A DNA stretch of 64,000 nucleotides, taken from contig OY762721.1 of assembly GCA_963666345.1 (NCBI GenBank), positions 928,001-992,000 on the forward strand, read 5' to 3'. The DNA is from Desulfatiglandales bacterium. GTDB lineage: Bacteria; Desulfobacterota; DSM-4660; Desulfatiglandales; Desulfatiglandaceae. Both the position numbers and the translations under genes were made by a program. Under the pieces are notes generated by a model. That model did not search any database and had not been told where the DNA came from. It worked only from the letters and a program-made list of their open reading frames with translations. Below, one piece after another: positions 56,344 to 64,000 of the stretch. Within the stretch, counting starts at the first letter, position 1. Every line of letters starts with the position of its first letter.

Positions 56344-57849
56344 TTACTTAAAATACCTCCTCATACCCTCAAGTACATCTATGCATGTTTTATTTATCTC
56401 TTTCACCCGCTGCCGGCTTCCCGCCTCATTGTAGCAACGAAATTCCGGAGCATTTCCTGATGGGCGCAGATGAACCACTTCGCTATTTTCAAAGGTAATC
56501 CGTACACCGTCGGTGTGATCAACTGAGGCAACCTTTCCGCACAGCGAGCCAAAGACATTTTCAATGTTTTTATTGTCTCGGCGGGCATCACCACTTGAAA
56601 AATGCGCAAGCATGACTGAGCTTTCTTCCAATGGAAAGTCCTTGATCCGGTCACTGGTTGTAAAACGCGCGGGCAGATCCGCAACCAGTTCTGATATTGT
56701 TTTACCGGCACTCTCTGCCAGTATCATTATCCCAATCTGCACTATAACAGCATCACGGGTAGGCAGTGCCTTCAAAGTTCTTCCATTTATTTCAATGGCA
56801 GAAGCGGTCAGAAATCCGCCATTTGCTTCATAGCCCACAACCGCCCCAAAGCCGGCATTTACGGCATCCAACATAGAGGCAATGACATATGGAGAGCCGA
56901 TTCGTGTTCTTCGTACCTCTTTAAAAAAACCGCTTTTTTCTGCTGCGCTGTTACAACTTACCGGTATATTGATCGAATCGGAACCAAGGAAATGTGCACA
57001 CAGGATCCCTGCAATGTCACCACGCAGCCACATCCCTTTTTCATCACTAATGAGCGGACGATCGCCGTCTCCATCGGTTGAAATTATGGCATCAAAACTG
57101 TACTGACGAACCCACTCTTTTGCCAGCATTTCATCTTCTTCCCTGATCGCCTCGGTATCGACAGGTATAAATTTTTCTGAAAATCCGAGCCTTGTAACCT
57201 CTGCCCCAAGGCCCTTGAAAATATTAAAAAGAAGATCCCGTCCCACTGCGGAATGCTGATAAAGACCAATTTTCTTACCGGATAGTGCAGTAGAAGAGAA
57301 AAAATTCAGATAACGCTGAACATACATTTCAGCCGCATCATCATTGACTGTCCAATTATCCGGACCGTTTCTATCAAGGAAGAGGCCATGTCTATCAAAT
57401 AGATCGTCATCGATAATTATCTGCTGTTGTTTGATCTTGGCCTCATCATCTTTTAATATTTCTCCTGTTGCAGTATTAAATTTTATACCATTGCGGTCTT
57501 CAGGGATATGACTGCCAGTCACCATAACCGTTGGAAATTTTTTCTCCAGGCCATATAATGCAATGGCTGGCGATGGGATTTTCCCGCAGTTTATAACTTC
57601 ATATTGCATGTCAAAGGCTGCACTTGCAACAGCTTTCATAATGCGATCAGTGCTGGGCCGAAGGTCGCCCGCAAGGGCAATTTTTTTCCCACTACCGGTG
57701 CCCTTGCCACTCTTTTTAATAAATTGCAAAAAACCACAAGTATAGGCATAGCAAATAAAATCGGTCATATGATCGGAAAGACCTCTTGCTCCACTTGTGC
57801 CAAACTTTATTCCGCTTTGAGTCATGAGATCTATTATTTTTATATTCAT
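56344..57849 (-). CDS. manB: Phosphomannomutase
   Basis: FGTSGARG, TGSHIP (catalytic Ser), DGDGDRP, GYEANGG, HLRPSGNAPE; likely start ATG 57849. Confidence 0.9.
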   Translation of the reverse strand: MNIKIIDLMTQSGIKFGTSGARGLSDHMTDFICYAYTCGFLQFIKKSGKGTGSGKKIALAGDLRPSTDRIMKAVASAAFDMQYEVINCGKIPSPAIALYGLEKKFPTVMVTGSHIPEDRNGIKFNTATGEILKDDEAKIKQQQIIIDDDLFDRHGLFLDRNGPDNWTVNDDAAEMYVQRYLNFFSSTALSGKKIGLYQHSAVGRDLLFNIFKGLGAEVTRLGFSEKFIPVDTEAIREEDEMLAKEWVRQYSFDAIISTDGDGDRPLISDEKGMWLRGDIAGILCAHFLGSDSINIPVSCNSAAEKSGFFKEVRRTRIGSPYVIASMLDAVNAGFGAVVGYEANGGFLTASAIEINGRTLKALPTRDAVIVQIGIMILAESAGKTISELVADLPARFTTSDRIKDFPLEESSVMLAHFSSGDARRDNKNIENVFGSLCGKVASVDHTDGVRITFENSEVVHLRPSGNAPEFRCYNEAGSRQRVKEINKTCIDVLEGMRRYFK

Positions 57850-57862
57850 TGTATTCCCTGAT

Positions 57863-60217
57863 TTATATTTGCTTCTGGGTCGATTGGGGGTTTCCATGCC
57901 GATCCCTTTGTTGGTCGGTTTTCCGTGACAAGGTCTGGTTTAAGACTTCGTCGGCATAAAGCTTCTGCAATGTCATCAGCGAAAGCAGCCAGGCAAGGGT
58001 GGACTCGGCGCCTTCATTCTGGTTGATGCCGTCCGCCATCAATCCGTCTCGGCAGCCGCCTGTCTTGGGATCATAGAGCGGCATATTCAGGTCATTGTGT
58101 CCGAGAAACCAGTTAAAGCACATGACCGCATTCTCAAACCATGTGTGGTCCCGGGTAACGATAAAAGCTTCGACACAGGCTTCAACCATGGCACTGGCTT
58201 CAAGGGGCTGCTGGTCGAAACGGGCTCTGGGGCCGTCTTTTTCATACCATCCGTTGCAGCCGATGGGCGCAAGGTGCTTGTCTTCGGTTTGGATGCTGAG
58301 CAGCCACTTGAGGGAGAGGAGCCCCATATCGATCATGTCATTGCGCTGCATCCGGTGGCCGCACAGCAGCAGGGCATGGGGCAGTTTGCCGTTCGCATAG
58401 TTTAGCGCGTTTTCAAGCCAGGGCCAATCGTCTGTTCCATTGGTTTTAAACTGATCAAAAAGCCTGTTGCCAAAGACTTCAAGGATCCTGCGCACAACGC
58501 TGTCTCCGGAAAATTTATCCAGGTAGGCATGCATGCCCACCAGTGAAAAAGCGATGGCGCGGGGTGAATAAAAATTCTCGACGGCCCTCAGTGCCTTTTT
58601 GAAAAGGGTTGTGCTCATTGCGAGATACCCTGGATCGTCAAGAAAAGCCACGGCTTTACCAAGGCACCAGAGCGCCCTGCCATGGGCATCCTCGGACCCG
58701 ACCTCCTCCGTCCACTGCCGCGAATAGGTCATGAAATTGCGGAACCGCCCATTTTTTTCATTATAGGCATACAGAAGAAATCCAAGATAATGACCGCTGA
58801 GAGTATTAAGTCCCAGGCCGTTCGTCGGCAGGTATTTTTGACCCATGGCGGCAGCCAGCAGCGCTCTGGCATTATCATCGGTGCAGTAGCCGTGGGTGCG
58901 ATCGGGAATGGTATAGTTGGCATGTTGCAACATGCCGGTATCATCGGTAAAGGCCTTGAGGTGATCAAGCTTGATCTCCGGGAGTTCGAATTTCGTGATG
59001 GCCTTGATATTTTCGACATAGGAATGACGGGGACGGGGGGTCAGGGTGCGGGTTTGCCGCACTTCACTGAAAACCTGGAGGTATTTTCGGGATACCTCCT
59101 TCCAGACTGCGTCGCGGCTGAACATATAGGCTTTCTTACGCATCGCGTGACGGTCCACATCGTTGTCCAGAAGATCGATGATTTGTTCCGCCATGGCATC
59201 CGGATTGTGGAAGGGTACAATTCGGCCCCGGTCTTCGGCAAGCATCTCGGTGGCATACCAGTACGGGGTTGAGATGATGGCTTTGCCTGTGCCCATGGCA
59301 TAGGCGAGTGTCCCGGAGGAAATCTGGGCTTCTTCAAGATAAGGGGTTACGTAGATATCGGCGATGCCTAAGAACTCACATAACTCTTTTAGTTCAACAA
59401 AACGATTTTGAAAAATGACATGCTCGCCGATATCGAGTTTGCGCACGAGCTGCTGCAGCATGATACGGTATGCATCTCCATGATTTTTCAAAATATTCGG
59501 ATGTGTTGCGCCCAGAATAATATAGACCACATCCGGGTGTTTTTTGATGACCGCCGGAAGCGCCTGCAATACATTTTCAATGCCCTTATTCGGGGAAAGC
59601 AGGCCGAATGTGAGCACCACCTTTTTGCCTTCCACGCCGAACTTGTCTTTATTGAAGCTGGGATCAATAAAAGGCGCATCCGGAATGCCGTGATGGATAA
59701 AAACAATTTTATCCTCGGGAACCCCATAGATATCTTTGAGTAAATCAAATGCCTTACGGCTTATCACCACCAGTTTATCGGACAGATCGGATAGCTTGCA
59801 CATGACGTCACGATATTCCGGCGCGGGGTCCTTCAGAACCGTGTGTAACGTAGTAACCACCGGCATGCGTAGATCAGCCAATAGTTTCAGCAGATGGCTG
59901 CCGGCCGGGCCGCCGAAAAGTCCGTATTCATGCTGAACGCAGACAATATCCGTCTGACTGATATTGAGAAATTGAGCCGCCACACTATAATCGATCAACT
60001 TGTTCTGGTTGATCTCAAAGCGCACCTTTTCCGGATATGGATATCCCTCGGGTTTGTCATTCATGGCGATCGTCCAGAAGTAAATATCCGGGGCTTCCGC
60101 TGATAAGCCTTCAACCAGATCCGTGGTGAAGGTTGCGATGCCGCACTGGCGGGGCAGATAGTTGCCGATTACGGCAACCGAGTCGATTCCCTCATAATGC
60201 TTAAAAACAGATGTCAT
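57863..60217 (-). CDS. Two-domain glycosyltransferase: N-terminal GT4 plus a C-terminal helical domain
   Basis: PRQCGIATFT, QHEYG, FGLLSPNKGIE, SGTLAYA; C-domain DDTGMLQHA..GYCTDDNARAL..FDQQPLEA..NQNEGAEST. Confidence 0.88.
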   Translation of the reverse strand: MTSVFKHYEGIDSVAVIGNYLPRQCGIATFTTDLVEGLSAEAPDIYFWTIAMNDKPEGYPYPEKVRFEINQNKLIDYSVAAQFLNISQTDIVCVQHEYGLFGGPAGSHLLKLLADLRMPVVTTLHTVLKDPAPEYRDVMCKLSDLSDKLVVISRKAFDLLKDIYGVPEDKIVFIHHGIPDAPFIDPSFNKDKFGVEGKKVVLTFGLLSPNKGIENVLQALPAVIKKHPDVVYIILGATHPNILKNHGDAYRIMLQQLVRKLDIGEHVIFQNRFVELKELCEFLGIADIYVTPYLEEAQISSGTLAYAMGTGKAIISTPYWYATEMLAEDRGRIVPFHNPDAMAEQIIDLLDNDVDRHAMRKKAYMFSRDAVWKEVSRKYLQVFSEVRQTRTLTPRPRHSYVENIKAITKFELPEIKLDHLKAFTDDTGMLQHANYTIPDRTHGYCTDDNARALLAAAMGQKYLPTNGLGLNTLSGHYLGFLLYAYNEKNGRFRNFMTYSRQWTEEVGSEDAHGRALWCLGKAVAFLDDPGYLAMSTTLFKKALRAVENFYSPRAIAFSLVGMHAYLDKFSGDSVVRRILEVFGNRLFDQFKTNGTDDWPWLENALNYANGKLPHALLLCGHRMQRNDMIDMGLLSLKWLLSIQTEDKHLAPIGCNGWYEKDGPRARFDQQPLEASAMVEACVEAFIVTRDHTWFENAVMCFNWFLGHNDLNMPLYDPKTGGCRDGLMADGINQNEGAESTLAWLLSLMTLQKLYADEVLNQTLSRKTDQQRDRHGNPQSTQKQI

Positions 60218-60247
60218 AACCACTACCTTTTTGTTTTATTTTTATCT

Positions 60248-60367
60248 TTAATTTTCATAAATCGATTTATTTTTGTCTTTTTTTTGTTTCCGCTTATCTT
60301 TTGCTGTTTGCTTGCCTTTTTTCTGTTCTTCTCGTTTGCCTTTATCTCTTTTTCCCTTGTCTCCCAT
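60248..60367 (-). CDS. 39-aa Lys-rich small protein (below the ORF-track cutoff)
   Basis: MGDKGKRDKGKREEQKKGKQTAKDKRKQKKDKNKSIYEN*, RBS AGAGGG, 30 bp upstream of the large GT start. Confidence 0.65.
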   Translation of the reverse strand: MGDKGKRDKGKREEQKKGKQTAKDKRKQKKDKNKSIYEN

Positions 60368-60695
60368 TTTGCCCTCTTTTCGTTTTAAAAAATGGTTTTA
60401 TCCTGAGCCAGTACCTGACCGTTTTTCCAATATGAAGATCATTTCCCCGATATTTCCTTTCTGGTGGGTTCTCGTTTGGCATTTCATGAACTATTCAAGC
60501 CGGGGTTCTTCCATATTTATTGTGTCGATAGCGTTAAAGCCAATGTTAAAGAACATAACAAGCTCCACTATCGATTGACGGTGTGGAACCGGCTAAAAAT
60601 CTGCCACTCGATGAACTTTTCTAACGGTGAATCCATAATCATTCCTTTAAAATTGAAAAGAGCCCTAACCAGGGGCAAAAGCTTGCATTTCCAGT

Positions 60696-62510
60696 TCAAG
60701 GTGTCCCGGCGTTTATTTCTTCCGATATGGACTTCCCACCAGCCATTATTTCATCAATGTCGCTGCTGTCCAGTGTCTCTCTCTCCAGTAGCTCTTTGGC
60801 CATTCGTTCATGGATCTCCAGATTAGCTTTAATGAGCTGAAAGGCCTTTTCATAGGCACCCGTGACGATATCCCTAACGTCCTCATCAATCTTTTGGGCT
60901 GTCAACTCGCTGTAATCCCTGTGCTGGACAATCTCTCTCCCCAAGAATATCTGTTCCTCCTTTTTGCCAAAGGTCAAAGGACCCAGATTCTTACTCATAC
61001 CGTAACTGCAAACCATCTTTCTTGCCAGATTAGATGCTTTTTCAATATCGTCTCCTGTACCTGTTGTTTTTATGTCCAGGATTGCTTTTTCGGCAGCCCT
61101 GCCCCCCATCAATATGCGTATATTATTTATCAAGTAATCTTTGGGGTATGTGTGCTTTTCGTCCATCGGTAACTGCTGGGTCAAACCAAGGGAGCGCCCC
61201 CGGGGAATAATCGTCACCTTATGAATGGGATCTGTATTGGGAAGTAACCTGGCTACCAAGGTATGCCCTGCCTCATGACAGGCGGTTATCTTTTTCTCTT
61301 CATCGCTTATGATCATACTTTTCCGCTCAGCTCCCATCATGACCTTGTCCTTGGCATCTTCAAAGTCGACCATCTCCAAACTGTCCTTTCCGCGTCTGGC
61401 TGCCATTAGCGCAGCCTCATTCACCATATTTTCAATGTCAGCACCCGTAAACCCGGGTGTCCCTCTCGCAAGGACCTCGAGATCAACATTATTTGACAGG
61501 GGCGTTTTTCTGACATGGACTTTCAGGATACTTACCCTCCCCGTTATGTCGGGAACAGACACAACTACCTGCCTGTCGAATCGTCCGGGTCTCAATAAAG
61601 CGGGATCAAGCACATCGGGTCTGTTAGTCGCTGATATCAAAATGACGCCCTCATTGGATTCAAATCCGTCCATCTCCACAAGAAGCTGGTTGAGGGTCTG
61701 TTCTTTTTCATCATGTCCACCGCCCAGACCGGCACCCCTCTGGCGACCAACCGCATCTATCTCATCCATAAATATGATGCAGGGAGCATTTTTTTTGCCC
61801 TGCTTAAAGAGGTCCCTGACCCTTGAAGCACCAACACCTACAAACATCTCTACAAAATCCGATCCGCTTATGCTGAAAAAGGGAACACCCGCCACACCGG
61901 CTATTGCCCTTGCCAGTAGCGTCTTGCCTGTGCCTGGAACTCCCACAAGAAGAACACCTTTAGGTATTCTTCCCCCCAGACGGGTGAATTTTCCGGGATC
62001 GCGAAGAAAGTCCACGATTTCTCCCAGTTCTTCCTTGGCCTCATCGATACCCGCCACATCGTCAAAGGTGACTTTTCTCTGGGCATCACTCATTAGTCTT
62101 GCCTTGCTCTTCCCAAAGGATAGCGGATTTCCTCCCCCGCCCTGCATGCGCTGCATAAAAAATATCCAGACACCGACCAGTAACAGCATGGGAATCCAGG
62201 AGAGAAAGACATGGAATAATGAGGACCCTTCCGCAGGTTTTGCCGATATTTCAACCCCTTTGCTCTTTAGCAACTGAATAAGTATAGGATCTTCCGGGGC
62301 GAAGGTATTAAACGGTCCTTGCGCGCTCAGTCCTGATATGTTGTTCCCCTGTATAGTGACCTGCATGACACTTGAGTTCTCAACCATGCCTAAAAAATCA
62401 CTGTAACCGATAGAGACACTCTTTCCTGGTTGGTTGAATACCCAAAACAGCATGACCAGCATAGAACCGATTATGATAAAGACAGCAAGTTTTTTATGGG
62501 AGAGGTCCAA
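60696..62510 (-). CDS. ftsH: ATP-dependent zinc metalloprotease FtsH (paralog 2)
   Basis: [44 protein letters not shown]; probable TTG start at 62510. Confidence 0.95.
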   Translation of the reverse strand: MDLSHKKLAVFIIIGSMLVMLFWVFNQPGKSVSIGYSDFLGMVENSSVMQVTIQGNNISGLSAQGPFNTFAPEDPILIQLLKSKGVEISAKPAEGSSLFHVFLSWIPMLLLVGVWIFFMQRMQGGGGNPLSFGKSKARLMSDAQRKVTFDDVAGIDEAKEELGEIVDFLRDPGKFTRLGGRIPKGVLLVGVPGTGKTLLARAIAGVAGVPFFSISGSDFVEMFVGVGASRVRDLFKQGKKNAPCIIFMDEIDAVGRQRGAGLGGGHDEKEQTLNQLLVEMDGFESNEGVILISATNRPDVLDPALLRPGRFDRQVVVSVPDITGRVSILKVHVRKTPLSNNVDLEVLARGTPGFTGADIENMVNEAALMAARRGKDSLEMVDFEDAKDKVMMGAERKSMIISDEEKKITACHEAGHTLVARLLPNTDPIHKVTIIPRGRSLGLTQQLPMDEKHTYPKDYLINNIRILMGGRAAEKAILDIKTTGTGDDIEKASNLARKMVCSYGMSKNLGPLTFGKKEEQIFLGREIVQHRDYSELTAQKIDEDVRDIVTGAYEKAFQLIKANLEIHERMAKELLERETLDSSDIDEIMAGGKSISEEINAGTP

Positions 62511-62630
62511 TTTAATATATTCCTCATAAGATACATTTACATTTCCTCCTCTACGGCTGCGCGAGTGGCGTTGAGGCCATCCTCGGCACGGACAATTCAA
62601 CCCTAGATCATCTCTTCAAAGTGCCCCCGT

Positions 62631-63503
62631 TTATTCTTCTCCAAATGCGAAACGGGATATAAAATGGTTTATTTTTGATTTTCCCGGCGGCGCTAGTTCA
62701 GTGAGGGGCTCTTTGCTGATCTTTTCTCTGAAACGGCCGGCAAAAATGAATTCGGAAAGACCCTCGTAGAGGACCCCTATGGGCATCGTTTTGTCCCGGT
62801 CCAGAATTCTCTTAAGGGCAGCGCTTCTATCACTCGGATCATAATCATCACCCAATTTAATGATTTTTTCTTTATACCAGCCCAAAGGATGTGTGCCCCA
62901 GGTGATGCAGGGCTGGACGACATCCACATATGAGAGGCCCCTGTGCTTGACAGCCCGGACCAGGATCTCCTTCAAATGTTCAACGTCCCCTGCGAATCCT
63001 CTGGCCACAAAGGTGCATCCGTGTAAAATAGCAATAGCCGGCATGTTCAGGGGTGTAATTTCCACCCCACCGGTCTGCAACGTTCTCTTCTCCCCTGCCG
63101 GTGTTGTGGGGGATGCCTGTCCTTTGGTCAGGGCATATATCTCATTGTTATGGACCACCACCGTTATATCCGGATTTCGTCGAACTGCATGGAGAAAATG
63201 GTTGCCTCCTTCTCCGTAACAATCACCGTCTCCTGTCACAACGATGGTCGTCATTTTCGGATTGACCACATGAATGCCCAGTGCCACAGGGATAGCCCGA
63301 CCATGCAGGCCGTTAAAAAAGTTGCATTTCAAATAGTGGGGCAGCTTGGCAGCCTGCCCGATCCCCGATACGAAACACACCTCGTGGGGGGCCTTATGCA
63401 ATTGGGTAAGGGCCATTTTGAAGGCCTGCAAAATCCCGAAATTGGGACATCCTGCACACCATTGAATCTCAACTTCGTTTTCATAGGCTTCCATTTCGGG
63501 CAT
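62631..63503 (-). CDS. 2-oxoacid:ferredoxin oxidoreductase beta subunit
   Basis: WCAGCPNFGIL, SGIGQAAK, LHGRA, GDGDCYGEGGNH, LTKGQASPT, QPC. Confidence 0.92.
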   Translation of the reverse strand: MPEMEAYENEVEIQWCAGCPNFGILQAFKMALTQLHKAPHEVCFVSGIGQAAKLPHYLKCNFFNGLHGRAIPVALGIHVVNPKMTTIVVTGDGDCYGEGGNHFLHAVRRNPDITVVVHNNEIYALTKGQASPTTPAGEKRTLQTGGVEITPLNMPAIAILHGCTFVARGFAGDVEHLKEILVRAVKHRGLSYVDVVQPCITWGTHPLGWYKEKIIKLGDDYDPSDRSAALKRILDRDKTMPIGVLYEGLSEFIFAGRFREKISKEPLTELAPPGKSKINHFISRFAFGEE

Positions 63504-64000
63504 TTAATTGTCTCCTTATATAATCTCCCGTGAGGGGTAAACCGTCATAACGGGACAGTGCCCCCGTAAAATCCACCCGGTACTCGGATCTCAGGAGTCT
63601 GGCCAATTGCCCGGTGCAGTTGTTCTCAATTGTCCAATAGTTTTTTTCGCCAGGGAAAGCGTATTCGGGAAGGGGCCACACCTCTGTAAAGTGGATCATG
63701 CCTGCATTCACGCCATCTTTGTTTAAAAGCCTGATAGCCTCCAGTATAGCCTGGCGTGAAGATCCCCAACCAACAAATATGATATCGGATTCATCAATGG
63801 AAACCTCCTCAGGCATACTGATTTCTCCCTTCAGACGGTTCATTTTGGCAAGGCGTTTTTGGGACATCGCTACAGCCATCCCGGCCAGGTCTTCGGTAAT
63901 ATGGCCCCTTTCGTCGTGTTCATCGCTATCAACACCAACCAAGTGATTGCTACAGCCGGGATAGAGGCGAGGAGATATCCCATCCTCTGTCAACTGATAC
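63481..64000 (-). CDS. 2-oxoacid:ferredoxin oxidoreductase alpha subunit (C-terminal part; 5' end off the window)
   Basis: GISPR..PG, DSDEHDERGHI, VGWGSS, WPLP, ENN.TGQLA, YDGLP. Confidence 0.9.
   Translation of the reverse strand, partial: YQLTEDGISPRLYPGCSNHLVGVDSDEHDERGHITEDLAGMAVAMSQKRLAKMNRLKGEISMPEEVSIDESDIIFVGWGSSRQAILEAIRLLNKDGVNAGMIHFTEVWPLPEYAFPGEKNYWTIENNCTGQLARLLRSEYRVDFTGALSRYDGLPLTGDYIRRQLNARNGSL

Overview
A 64 kb stretch of a bacterial chromosome, most likely an anaerobic Desulfobacterota (deltaproteobacterial) genome, inferred from gene content: sigma-54 activator, OFORs, TRAP/TTT transporters, rubrerythrin, YcaO-TPR and a probable selenoprotein. Most genes are on the minus strand. 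Left part: partial YcaO-TPR, larE-like, a DUF134/DUF5320 cluster with a paired operator, panP-like and nadA. Next is a sigma-54-driven operon (GltD-like/ferredoxin fusion, 2-oxoacid:ferredoxin oxidoreductase alpha/beta/gamma, a SauT-like acyl-CoA ligase, TctABC transporter). This is the best candidate for an undescribed pathway: uptake, CoA activation and reductive carboxylation of an acid, possibly sulfoacetate. Middle: DUF169 plus a xanthine-dehydrogenase-family Mo enzyme, a Cys-less thiolase/DUF35 pair, envelope and housekeeping genes (OmpA, cfa, murI), a diguanylate cyclase, two TRAP systems with hydrolases, and a small UxxC selenoprotein truncated in the ORF track. Right: a decayed toxin-antitoxin patch, then an ftsH-bracketed GT4/GH130/phosphomannomutase cluster with a 39-aa Lys-rich ORF, and a second OFOR running off the end. 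No rRNA, tRNA, CRISPR array or intact transposase was seen. All family calls come from motif recognition by eye; no database searches were run.
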